NCBI GenBank assembly: GCA_012295275.1
Contig: CM022670.1
Span: 39,556,001-39,620,000, forward strand
Reading direction: 5' to 3'
DNA: 64,000 bases
Source of the DNA: Chrysomallon squamiferum
Lineage: Eukaryota > Animalia > Mollusca
A program made the translations under genes and the position numbers. The notes beneath the pieces are model-generated. The model was not told the origin of the DNA. It saw nothing but the letters and a program-made list of their open reading frames with translations, and searched no databases. Positions within the stretch are counted from its first letter, which is position 1. The number at the start of each line of letters is the position of its first letter. Below, in pieces: positions 13,428-25,110 of this stretch.

Positions 13428-16400
13428 GTTACAAATGTTTTTCTTGTTGTTGATGTTATTTTTTATTTATTCATAGATATATTATTTTATTTTTGTATAT
13501 AAAAGTAAAGTAATATTTTTACCTTATGATGACAAAATACAACTAATTTGTAACATTAAAAATATATATATATTATATAAACAACATTTTTTTTTTTTTC
13601 ATATATGTGATCAATACTATTAATGGAGTTTTTTAAGGATACTATATGTTTATTTTTGATTGATAAAAATTTGTATTTTTCTTTTAGAAGACTTTGGCCC
13701 CAACTATCAGGAAGAAATGGAGAGAATCCGAATTCTTGAAGAACTTGAACAGTATATTAATGACACACTATATAAAGGTGAGTGTGTGTGTGTGTGTGTG
13801 CATGTGCAACTGTGAAAATTGTGCCTTGTTAGTTAAGTGCAAGAACAAACAACATGTTAATTCTTCTTGGCTTGTATGGACAGTCCAGTAGCCAGTAGCC
13901 AGTGTCCGCAGATTGTAAATTAGCCATAAATTATAGTATATTTTTATTTTCCATGTAATTATACTGTTGTTGTTATTATTCTTAAGCTTATTATTATTAT
14001 TGTTATCATTACATAAATGACAGCTGTGTGTACGGCAGTTGAAAATTAGTAGTTTTTAAAAACAAATATTTTTAATGTTTTTCATTTTCATCATAATTTC
14101 ACAGATTACATACATTATGCCTGTGAAGTTTACACAGAAAAGAAGAGTGAATGTTACAATTAAACGACCAACATTATGGCTGTGTTAATTAATAACTACT
14201 TACATTTATAGGTTTTAGAGAAATTTTTTAAATTTATTTTTAATTTTATTTTTAATTTCCAGATGCAGCACTTTGTTTGTTTGGTTCATCTTGTAATGGT
14301 TTTGGGTTCAGAATGAGTGACCTTGACATTTGTATGACATTTCGATCTCAGCCTTCAGGCAAGGTATGTTACCTGTATCTTTCACTCAGCAATATATGTT
14401 ACCTGTATCTTTCACTCAGTAAGATATGTTGTTTGTATCTTTCACTCAGTAAGGTATGTTATCTGTGTCTTTTACTTAGCAAGGTATGTTATCTGTATCT
14501 TTCACTCAGCAAGATATGTTATCTGTCTCTTTTACTTAGCAAGGTATGTTATCTGTATCTTTCACTCAGTAAGATATGTTGTTTGTATCTTTCACTCAGT
14601 AAGATATGTTAACTGTTTTTTTCACTCAGCAAGATATATTATTTGTATCTTTCACTCAGTAAGATATGTTGTTTGTATCTTTCTCTCAGCAAGATATAGT
14701 ATTTGTATCTTTCACTCAGTAAGACATGTTGTTTGTATCTTTCACTCAACAAGATATAGTATTTATATCTTTCACTCAGTAAGAAATGTTGTTTGTATCT
14801 TTCACTCAGCAAGGTATGTTATTTGTATCTTTCACTCAGCAAAGAAATGTAATTTGTATAAACTGTACTTGAACTATTTTTAAAATGCATAAAGTTGAAG
14901 AAATTACAAAGACCAAAATAGTAACTAGTTAAGTAGCCTACATTAATGTGAGGTTTTTAAAAAAAAATATTTTATTTCATTGTTTTAAAGTTTAACAAGA
15001 TTAAAGTAAAGCTAACGTCATTTATTGTTTTTCTTAGAACATGCACTGTTTCATTATATCAGTAGATAGATAATGTTCTAAATGATGATATCCATTCAAA
15101 CATAATTTTAGTTTTTATTACGACTAATTTATTTTACATTTGATATAGCAAAAATTCCCCCTCAGCTTAATTGGTAGAATGCAGAATCACCTTCAGCAGG
15201 GTTGAATGAATAAATTTTATTATATATATATATATAAAAACATACGTCTATACATGTATTTGTTTTTTCCTAGAACCTGAACTATTCAGATATAGTGGAA
15301 CAGCTGGCCAGAGTGTTAAAGGATCACAGAGGTCTCTACGGTATACTTGCCATTCCTACAGCTAAAGTTCCCATTGTGAAATTCAAACACAGGAGAAGTC
15401 AGTTAGAGGCTGATATCAGTTTATACAACACACTGGTTAGTAACACACTGTTTCCATTCATGTTTGTTTGTGTTAAGAGAGAAAGAGTGTGTGTGTGTGT
15501 GTGTGTGTAGGTATATGTAGATAAGTGTGTGTGTGTATGTGTGTGTATATCGTTTGTATATCTGTATCTATATATGTATATGTGTGTGTGTGTCTGTATG
15601 TATCTATATATGTATGTATGTAGTATATATGTGTGTGTTTATGTACTATGTATTGTATAAATGTAGATACATATATGTGCATGTCTGTATGTATCTATGT
15701 ATGTATATATGTATGTGTGTATATATATATAATTTTTTTTTTTACTTGTAAAATTCTGAACTTATATTTTTTTTTACTTTATTATTTATTGTTGTTGTTG
15801 TTGACTTTTAGGCCCAGCACAATACTCGACTGTTGGAGAAGTACAGTCAGATTGATCCCAGAGTAAAGATACTGGGCTACGCTTTCAAAGTGTTTGCTAA
15901 AGTAACTAAGATATTCTACTTCTAAAACAATTAGAAGTTCAAAGATTTTTACGTAATAAATGTCATTGCCAGTTTAAAGTACTTTTTAAGAATGCAACAA
16001 TATTTTGCTTTTCTTGATATTAACACAAAAATATTTTAAACATATTTTGATGATTGCTAAGAATAGTGAAATGCTTTTAAATTTGTTTCTGTAAATTCTA
16101 TAATACTTTGACTAGAATATGAATTATATAATATTTTCAAGATAGACTCTTGTAACAGCTGTCCTATGGTTTAAAAAAATGGTAGATATATTTAATTTAT
16201 TACAAGCTGATATTAGCATTCATGCACACACAAATACACACGTGAAACTAAACATACAAAATTGTGGGTCCTCATTATTGCTGTGAACTGTGATTTCATG
16301 CTGTTACTTGACTCTGAATGTATTTTCTCCAGGTTTGTGAAATTGGTGATGCATCTCGTGGAAGTCTTTCGTCGTATGCCTACATTCTGATGTTGATTCA

Positions 16401-19400
16401 TTTTCTACAACAGTGCAAGCCACCAGTGGTTCCAGTTCTGCAAGAGGTATGTTTTGTCCTGAGTTACAAAGATGTTCATAAATGTTTTTTACAATTTATT
16501 ATAATAATAATACTAATGAGCAGAAGAACATTAATTGTATTTACGTTTGTTAAATATTTTGTTGATGTCACATATAAATAATTAAATGAAAATGTAACAA
16601 CGTTTTAAATCTGGTAAAATAAATAGCTCTTAGAGGGGTCTAAAACTAAGATTAAATTTTAGAGAAATGAATCTATTCCCTTCTGACCTCAAGAGAAATA
16701 TTCGGTAGGAAGGAAAGATAATTTATTTATTTATTTATTTTTTTAAATAAAAGGAATCTAGTTTCTTTGAGTAACTTTTCAGTTTTTGTTAAAACACCAA
16801 AATATCTTTGAAAACTTGATAATTAACACAAACACTTGACATCTTTTATTTATCAGTAGTAAAAGAAGTGACATAAGCAAATGATTTCTGCAAATGACCA
16901 AGATAAATTATAAATCAAGATTTTTTAAATTATTTATTTTTTTTTTTTCAAGCTTTATGAAGGAGATGAGAAACCTGTGAAAATGATTGATGGATGCAAT
17001 GCTTGGTTCTTTGAAGACATCCAGAGATTGGTATATCTTTCTTTTTTAACCATTATTTTAATTATTTTTCATGTTTCTTAATACTAACCCTTTACTGAAT
17101 TGTTAATCATGTTTGTAAAAAAAATTTAGTTGCAGCTGTGAGAGACTTATTCACATTCAATTATTAATATTCTTTGATCAGTTTTGTTATTGTTTTTTGT
17201 TGATTTTTGGTAATTTTTTATTTTTGTTTTGTTTTTTTCATTATTTCTTTGTTTTTTTCATTGTTTTTTTATTTATTTATTGTTTTCACCTCTTCTTTCT
17301 TTCCCCAGCCTGAAGTTTGGAAGCCGTATGGGAAGAACACTCAAAGTGTTGGTGAACTGTGGCTTGACCTGTTCAGGTACTACACAGAAGAGTTTAACTA
17401 CAAGGATCAGGTTGTGTGCATCAGACAACGAGCACCTCTCACACGATTTGAAAAACTCTGGAATGGAAAGTGTATCGCAATTGAAGGTGGGAACAATTAA
17501 AATATCAGTACTGTTATAGCAATTTTATATTTTAATTTTGTTTAACATAAATTTGACGATCCCATCCTCAAAAGACTTATTGTTTTTAAAAAGATGTTGA
17601 AGGATTTAATTTTAGTTTGCCAGTGTTTTAGATTAATTTTGTGAAAGTTAGAAGTTATACTGTTGGTATCAGAAGGGGAAATGATACAGGATATTATATG
17701 TTTTTCTACCAGTATTCTTCTTTGTGTCTTTCTGATATATTATTACTAATGTTTCAGGATGCCAAAACTACAGTAGTAATTGAATGTGGTACAAAATGAA
17801 ATTAGTTAATAATATATATTTTTATATATATATATATATATATACTTTTAATTATATGGTAACATGTCTGTTACTTCACATCAGAATAACCTGAACGAAT
17901 TACAGTTTATTATTTTATTTTTTAATTTTTTGTTGTTTTAGATCCTTTTGATATTAAACACAATCTTGGAGCTGGCCTATCAAGAAAGAGTGAGTTTCTA
18001 AATTTATTAAAGTGCATGCACTAAAATAGGTAAAACTTTTACATTTATTTTTATTGTGTTTTTTATCATGAATGTGGAATGATTTGTAACTCACTGGTAC
18101 ATTGTTAATTTGGCAAGCAGCAGATTTCATCACTGGTCTCTGTCTCACTTAAGTCAGGGTTCTCTTTACAATACAGACAAAAATAGTCATGTGTACTTTA
18201 CTGTATTCATTTAGTACAGAAATGAATTTACAGATTCCATGTTGAAAAACTAAGTTTGACAGTAAAGGTATAGAGAACTGTATATAATTGTTTTATAGAG
18301 AACAGTATAACTATATTTATATTTGATCATTTTTATCCAGTTAAAGATTTAAAAATGTTTTTTTTTGTTTTTTTTCAGTGAACAATTATATTTTCAAAGC
18401 TCTTATTCATGGTCGACAGCTGTATGGGAACTCCTGTCAGTATACCAGCAAAACAGATGTACATGTCAGTCGCTGTAGGTGTTTTATCACAAAACTAAAT
18501 AATTACCAGATTACATGCTTTTCATTTGTTCCTTATGGATCTGTTTATTTGTGTTCAGTTCTTAAGAAGACTCGGCGAAGAAAGGAATTTTTTATTTAAT
18601 AACAAACTTTTTTTATTTATCCATTATAATTATTAGTAGTTATTAGTGTATTTATTTATATACATGATGATCATCAATAGTTACTAGTGTATTTATTTAT
18701 GTATATTATAATTATCAGTAATTATCACTGTATTTATTTACATACATGATGATTATCAATAGTTAATAGTGTATTTATTTATGTTTATTATAATTACACA
18801 TGACTAAATATTTGCTTGTTTCAGGATTATTTCTTCGACCGTACCTTGCTGTCAGAAGGAGCTCCACCCAATGACAGGGGTTGTCGGGTGTGTGGCAAGA
18901 TAGGACACATTGCTAAGGAATGCCACATTGTCATCAGCAGAAAAGAAAGGTTTCAGCCATATTTGATTTGCTTTTGTTGTGATATTTTAAATTAAAAATA
19001 AACAATTCCATAAACATCAATACTTGTACTGATACTGGTTTGTAAAACACATACACATACAGGACATGCATGCATATACACTCACAAACACACACACACA
19101 CAGACATAAACACACATACACATGAATAGACACACATACACGTTCACACATATATATACATATGAGGTCATGCATGCAAATGCACACACATACATGCACT
19201 ATCACTCGCTCTGCCTCTGTGTCCACCAAATCAGTATTGTATAACCAGTGATGTATTAGTAATGTATATAATAAGTAATGTATTTGAACTTCACAGAAGA
19301 TATTTCTAATTTATAGTAACAAAAAAAAAAAAACTTTAGTTTGTCATTTTTTTTCACAGTTTGTTGTTTTTTTTTTTTATTTTTTTCAGAGAAGAACGAG

Positions 19401-20532
19401 GTAGGAAAATGAAAGCAACGCAGGAACAGGATAGAAGACAAGAAAACAGTAACAGAAACAACATGCACCCTGGAAACAGCATGCACCCTGGAAACAGCAT
19501 GCACCCTGGAAATAGCATGCACCCCGCAAACAGCATGCACCCTGGAAACAATGCACATCCTGGAAACAGCATACATGCCAGAAATAACATGAATTCTGGA
19601 AAAGCAGGTAAAATTCTAATGAAAATTTCCTTTTTTCTTAAATTTATGTTCTGTAGTTGTTATGTTGATAAAATGGCTGCCAAGCTTAGCCTCAAATTAT
19701 AATGTTACAGGTCTAAAGTTCTGCCTTCTTTACCAAAAAAATTAATAATAAAAAAAAAATATATATATATATATATATACACACATATGTAAATTGTGTG
19801 TGTGTGTAAGTGTACAAATTTATGTATGTGTGTAGTATATAACATATACAAGCACACATACTGTCATGTTTGTTGTTCCTCTTAAGAAATATGTTTTATT
19901 ATTATTATTTTTTTGTTTTGTTATTTCACTTTCCAGCCTTTTTAATAACAATTTCTAATTCATTTTTTAATCCATCAATCCATATTTTCACTTTCATTGT
20001 TACTAATTAATATTATTAATTTATTTATTTGATTATTATTTTTTTATTTGTGTTATGTTATCAGGCTCTCCTCTACAGAAAGGGAGTTACCCAAACACTT
20101 ACACTGTCTCACCATCTAAGCAAATCAGATCACCCCCAGGCTATGCTGTCAATCCTGGTCCTTTCAGGGGACCCCTCACACCCAACAAATATGTACCCCC
20201 AGGAAAACCACAACAGGTAAAATAGTAAATTTATCTTTCTAGTAGAAATACAAATCTTTAACAAGATTTGTTATCCTTTTGTCGTTTTTTTTTATTGGTA
20301 GAAATATTTGTAATATATCACAGCAGTTTTTTGATTTTTTTAAAATATATATATATATTTATGTCTCTGTGTGTGTGTATTTGTGTGTGTGTGTGCACTA
20401 TGAGACTGACAAGAAATAGAAAATAAGACATTAATTGTAATAAACATCATCATGTGAAAATCATTGCAACAATCACTGAGGCATCTTCATCTGATTTTGT
20501 TTTTCATTTAATACTTAATAAAACATGTAAAA

Positions 20533-20579
<47 letters not shown>

Positions 20580-21997
20580 ATATATATATATATATAACAT
20601 TTTTGTTAACATTATATATATAACGTTAATAAAAATGTTTTATTACTATTATGTTATTTTTATGGAGGTTGAATGTGTAATTTCTTTCTTTTTCCAGTCA
20701 TAACAGTTTTTATAAGTACATCTAAAACAACCATTTTGGTAATTTTCTGTGTTAATATTTCTTTGTTTCTTGTTTTGTTTAATATGCACCATTACTATAT
20801 TTTTTAAAACTGTTTTTGTTTATTTTTAATATTAATATTCATGGATTGGAATTGTTCCAGAAATTATTAATTATAAATCATTTAGTTTTATTTATTGTAC
20901 ATATATCTGTTAAATTAATATTACATGAAAATATTGTAGTAAACTTATGTTTTAAGTGCAGTAATGTTTGAATTATCTTTTGGCAATAAAAAAACCTTTG
21001 ATGTTCATTTTAGAATAAAATATTTCACATGTTATTTCTGGAACATTTTTGCATGGGCAAATCTCCTATTTTTTTTGAAAGATTTTTTTTTTTAAATTTT
21101 GTTACAGTTTAACAGAAATTTTAAAAGCTTACACTACACTGTTTATATATTAATATTTCACTTTTTAATTATATTTTCTTAATTAAAATTATTTTTTTTA
21201 AAACAATTTAGCAATAGAAGAGTATAACATGAATGAAAGTAGATCACGAATTGAAAATAGTGCCATTTATTTTTCTGCATTTTAGACTGATTAAAATTTA
21301 TATACAATCACATAAATCTGGCAGGGTTTTTATTTACTGAGCAGCCAAATATCTGATACCATGCTGAACCCACAGTGTTTTGGGGATGGGGGGAGGGGCT
21401 AACTAGAATATTAAAGTCATGAATAGTTTGGTTTTTTTAAATACTTGACAGGACACACTCGTCAAACTTCACCGACTTTTCACTTGTTTTCAGAACTCTC
21501 CTGCGACTTCCACTGGCTTCATACAAATACCCAACCTCATGAACCAACCAATTTTACATCATCAGCAACAACATCACCAACATCACCTCACACACCCTTC
21601 CCAGATAGGTCACAACATGCCTCCGACATTTTCAATGCCCATGCAGCAGAGCGGGAGTGGTGGTGGTGTCTACCCACCACAGACGGTCAACCCATCCAGA
21701 GCATCAAACACCGGTCAGCACATATCAAACATTGGACAACGAACAAGCAACCCACCAAACGTGAGACAGCAGCAGACGGTCAATCCGCAGTCAGGCGACA
21801 TCAGACCAGCTTTTCAGTACCCAAACCAGGCAGCTTACAACAGCTCATTTCCTCTGCAGACCCTAAATAACCTAAACTTGCAGACATACACACCTCAGAC
21901 CATAGGCAGCAGTATTCCCTTGTTTAGACCTCTTGGTGGTAGCGACGCACAGGGGGCTGAAACAGTTTGTCCCCCCTTCTTGCTGGGTTGCACGTGA
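6185..21997 (+). CDS. TUT4/7: Terminal uridylyltransferase 4/7-like (ZCCHC11/ZCCHC6 family), spliced CDS of 24 exons, about 1636 aa to the first stop
   Basis: join(6185-6926,7186-7256,7569-7685,8211-8388,8792-8932,9295-9494,10250-10363,10541-10606,10826-10997,11485-12500,13177-13324,13688-13777,14263-14363,15274-15435,15812-15901,16333-16446,16953-17030,17309-17486,17942-17989,18379-18464,18825-18949,19390-19607,20065-20216,21494-21997). All introns are GT-AG and phases are consistent. Domain order is C2H2, inactive NTase/PAP-assoc, CCHC, active NTase/PAP-assoc, CCHC. Confidence 0.93.
7569..7685 (+). CDS. TUT4/7: TUT4/7 exon with C2H2 (matrin/U1-type) zinc finger
   Basis: FFCRLCDYHLDRVIDFKKHVSEARHIRRKE, flanked by tag| and |gtaag. 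Confidence 0.9.
8792..8932 (+). CDS. TUT4/7: TUT4/7 exon, catalytically degenerate N-terminal NTase motif
   Basis: DVSLRIYGSSATGFGLKSSDINIDL has D-x-N instead of D-x-D. The third Asp position is Q in CQISVN (exon 9295-9494), as expected for the inactive LIM-module copy. Confidence 0.92.
9935..10135. repeat. Degenerate ~40-bp AT-rich tandem repeat in a TUT intron
   Basis: Recurrent cagattaacaaaataaaaaattaaatgtatattt; the same unit recurs at about 12700-13176. Confidence 0.6.
11485..12500 (+). CDS. TUT4/7: TUT4/7 large exon: end of first PAP-associated domain plus acidic linker
   Basis: DPFATKRNIARTV...YFGLP followed by a long E/D/N-rich tract; bounded by gcag| and |gtgag. Confidence 0.9.
12700..13176. 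repeat. Degenerate ~40-bp tandem repeat ending at the acceptor of the knuckle-1 exon
   Basis: Recurrent cagattaa...aaattaaatttatattt(c)cag units. Confidence 0.55.
13177..13324 (+). CDS. TUT4/7: TUT4/7 exon with CCHC zinc knuckle 1
   Basis: CGYCEKEGHLKTVCP fits C-x2-C-x4-H-x4-C. Confidence 0.92.
14263..14363 (+). CDS. TUT4/7: TUT4/7 exon with active NTase motif
   Basis: LFGSSCNGFGFRMSDLDICM (GS...DxD). The third Asp lies in LEADISLYN (exon 15274-15435). Confidence 0.95.
14361..14840. repeat. 30-bp minisatellite, 16 units, starting at the exon/intron junction
   Basis: Unit aaggtatgttatctgtatctttcactcagc with exact 30-nt periodicity (14361, 14391 ... 14811). Confidence 0.95.
17942..17989 (+). 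CDS. TUT4/7: TUT4/7 exon with nucleotide-recognition motif
   Basis: (IE)DPFDIKHNLGAGLSRK. The His of the HNL motif is the UTP-selectivity residue known from Cid1/TUT4/TUT7. Confidence 0.93.
18615..18796. repeat. 41-bp tandem repeat (alternating, 82-bp higher order)
   Basis: (g/c)tgtatttattta at 18646, 18687, 18728 and 18769. Confidence 0.8.
18825..18949 (+). CDS. TUT4/7: TUT4/7 exon with CCHC zinc knuckle 2
   Basis: DYFFDRTLLSEGAPPNDRGCRVCGKIGHIAKEC. Confidence 0.93.
19463..19600 (+). repeat. Coding 18-bp tandem repeat encoding (MHPGNS)n, about 7 units
   Basis: atgcaccctggaaacagc repeated inside exon 19390-19607. Confidence 0.9.
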
Positions 21998-22063
21998 TGG
22001 ACGGTCATAATGTTAACTCGGGCGGGAGAGACGGTCAGTCAACACAGGTAACTAAGCACATTC

Positions 22064-22228
22064 AATTAAAGGTGTAGTTGGTTTGTTTCCTTCACAAGTA
22101 AATTAAATTAAAGGTGTAGTTGGTTTGTTTCTCTCACAAGTAAATTAAATTAAAGGTGTAGTTGGTTTGTTTCCTTCACAAGTAAATTAAATTAAAGGTG
22201 TCATTGGTTTGTTTCTCTCACAAGTAAA
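22064..22228. repeat. 42-bp tandem repeat x4 just after the 22047 donor
   Basis: ggtgtagttggtttgtttc(ct/tc)tcacaagtaaattaaattaaa at 22071, 22113, 22155 and 22197. Confidence 0.92.
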
Positions 22229-23201
22229 AGTAGCATGTAGTGGTAATTACTCTGCAAGCATGTTTTATTTTTAAAAATAAAAAAATAAAAAGTTGATGGT
22301 TTAATCCACGGTCATCTTGGAAATTGTTAAAATGGTTTGCATGTTTCTGAAATCCCCAGATGATGTTTAATAATAGGAAATAAAATATGAGCGTATCCTT
22401 GATTTCAGCATGTTTTAAGTCTGTTAGTGTTTTACAGTTGTTTCCCAGTCTGTGAATCTGTTCAGATCCATGACCAAGCTGCTGCAATTCACAAGTTCCA
22501 GTCCTGCAAGATTCTCAAATTGTTATTCTTTTCCTCTTTCTTTTCCTCCCCTGCTCCATTAATGATGTGATGAAATATTTTCTTGTGTTAATATAAAAAT
22601 ATTTTCTTGTTCATATAAACCTGTTATTAAATAAAATAACAGTCACCAAGTCAGTAATTTCAATTGTTGAAACTATCCCATGTGAAAGGTTTATAGAATA
22701 AATCTTTATATCTTGACATCTGAAGACTGATCGGGCAAAGCTGATTTAGAAATTTCTTTTAATGACATTTTTTTTTGTGTATTTTGGTCTGGTGATAGTT
22801 TTCTTTGTTTTTTTTGTTTTTTTGTTTTTTTTTTTTGAAGTCACAGGCTGTAGCCATTCTTGTGAATTTCACATTGCATATGAAATAAATCAAATTAAAT
22901 GTACATCATAAGAGGTTATATTACAAACTATGTAATACCAGATTTATGCTGTGGGTTTTATATTATATTCTGTAGGTGAATGGGTATAACATTTAAGTTC
23001 TTGAATGGCAAACAATTTTTTTTTTTTTACAATTATGACAACAAGTTAAGAAATCTTACTATTTGTACACAATGTTGTGTGTTTGTGTGTGTGTGTGTGT
23101 GTGCCTTCATCTATGCATGTCTACGTTAAATTTTATTGATCTTTGTTATCTGTTAATTGAAATAGTTGAAATATTTTCTTAAATTTCAACTATAGTGTGT
23201 G

Positions 23202-23239
<38 letters not shown>

Positions 23240-23359
23240 CAGTTACAGTTTTTATTTATTTGTTAATTTTACTTTGTTTATTTGTTTATATTGTTGACTG
23301 GTCTGTTGTTAACTAACACTGCATGCTGACGTTAACGGTGCTGGTTTTTACTGTTGTAG

Positions 23360-23423
23360 AACATGGAACCTGACTTCGGCACTGTTCTGCCTCACAGGCA
23401 GATCATTCGGTGCCAGGAAGATG
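23360..23423 (+). other. TUT4/7: Additional TUT4/7 exon downstream of the apparent stop (coding or 3'UTR)
   Basis: Acceptor ctgttgtag| and donor ATG|gtaatt. The exon is GC-richer than its flanks and reads NMEPDFGTVLPHRQIIRCQED in frame 0. Confidence 0.65.
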
Positions 23424-23493
23424 GTAATTTGGTTATCAGTAAGTTTGTGTTTGCAGTCACAGTTCACTGCATGTTTAAATCCTCAGAGGCTTC

Positions 23494-23560
23494 GTCAAAG
23501 GCCTTGTTATGTGCTTTTCTGTCATTGGGAAGGTGCAAATGACAGTTCTTTACTGCTAAT
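23494..23560 (+). mobile_element. Possible decayed dispersed-repeat (SINE-like) fragment; a related copy lies near 7870-7940
   Basis: Both copies show tcaaaggcc...tgt...tct..attgg(g)aagg...aa.at.ga.a.tt.c.t...c.g.taa. Similarity was judged by eye only. Confidence 0.3.
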
Positions 23561-23765
23561 TAATAATAAATAAATAAAATTAATAATAATAAAAATATCT
23601 GATTAAAAAAAAAAAAAAAAAAAAAGGAAATATAATAAATTTCTCAGTTTATTGAATTAAATTAGTAATAATAATAATTTTAAACAGAAAAGTGATGCAC
23701 TAGGATTTGTCTATTATTTCATTTGTATATTTAAAAAAATCACTTAGGAACAGATAAATAACATG

Positions 23766-23814
<49 letters not shown>

Positions 23815-23912
23815 CTATGTACTTAAAATAATTGGGTTATTTCTACGTTTTCTAAAATATGTTTTAATTTTCATTATCTTTTTTTTTTTTTTTTTTTTTT
23901 TTTCTGTTTCAG

Positions 23913-23941
23913 AAATAAACATACCTGGTGAGAGACAGTGA
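23913..23941 (+). other. TUT4/7: Start of probable terminal TUT4/7 exon (alternative C-terminus EINIPGERQ*)
   Basis: Very strong acceptor (T)n-ctgtttcag| at 23912; phase-compatible with exon 23360-23423. Confidence 0.6.
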
Positions 23942-24639
23942 AATCAGTTGATTGAAAGGTGCTGTGCAGCATGAAACCTTTGAGTCACCAGTCACCAGTC
24001 TATTCAACAGACACCTTGAGGAATTTATATTTTTATTTTTATTTATTTTTTATTATTTTTTATTATTTTTAATATTATTACTATTGTTGTTGTTATTATT
24101 ATTATTATTAATGTTATTGTTATTGTCATTATTTATATATTTATTTTATTTATTTATATTTGTTTAATGATCACACCAAGGAGAAAGAAATTAAAATGTA
24201 TGTGATAATACAGAGATAATTTGAGATGTGATTTGTATGAGAGAACAGAAGACAGAGGTTACAGTAGACAGAGAGGAAATACAACTCTAATAAATAGCAG
24301 TATATGGTGTGTCTAACATGAAGTAAGATATTTCATTTGTTCAAACAGATACATACTTTTGTTTTTACTCTGTTCATGGCATATGTAAAAGTTTTATAGA
24401 AGTAACTATAATAATTATATCAGTGAGATACTACAAATTCAAGAGAATATAATTAACCAGAGATGGAAAGATGATGTGGGAAAAAAAAAAAAAAAATTAT
24501 ATTGGCAGTGGTCAGAATACAGTAATTTCTGATATGTGTGTATGAGAAATAGTTTTTAATGTGCAAAGTGAAAAATAAATATCTGTTTCTGATGTCTGGT
24601 ATAAACATGTGAAAATTATTTTATATGTTACAGATACAC

Positions 24640-25110
24640 GATAATGCACCATGAATATTTATTATAGATGTAATGATGGAGATATGATAACAGGCTGAAT
24701 TTGTAAACAAAATTATCTGTTTTAAAACTTGCACTTGTCAAGGTGTATTTAATTATCTAATGATGAAAATGCATTAATGCATTGAAACAGTATGTAATGA
24801 AAGAAATAAGGGACTACACTGATATACATTTGATAATACATTTTTTATATAATAAAGAAATAAGGGAATACACCATGAAATATATGTTAAATGTAATAGT
24901 AATGGGGCAGTACACTAAAATACATTTTACATATAATGAAGGAGATATGGAAATACACCATGAAATATATTTTAAAAGTGATACACTAAAACACATTTTT
25001 CACAATGAATGAGAGATATAGGCAGTACAGTATGAAATATATTTTATATGTGATAATAGACTGAGAAATATATTTTATATATAATAATGGAGATACCTTA
25101 TACACTGAAT
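24640..25110. repeat. Degenerate tandem repeat in the probable TUT 3'UTR
   Basis: Recurrent tacaccatgaaatatattttata...taatggagata-like units. Confidence 0.5.

Noticed and set aside
14277-14612. 111-aa ORF with (KVCYLYLSLS)n as a stand-alone repeat protein
   Set aside because: It is the catalytic exon reading into an intronic minisatellite; the true donor is at 14363.
15158-15210. tRNA A-box-like cagcttaattggtagaat
   Set aside because: No B-box (GTTCRA) or cloverleaf; at most a decayed SINE head.
24166-24210. Possible SECIS (ATGA...AAA...TGAT) supporting UGA recoding in the TUT
   Set aside because: Helix II pairing is poor on manual inspection, and the TUT family is not known to include selenoproteins.
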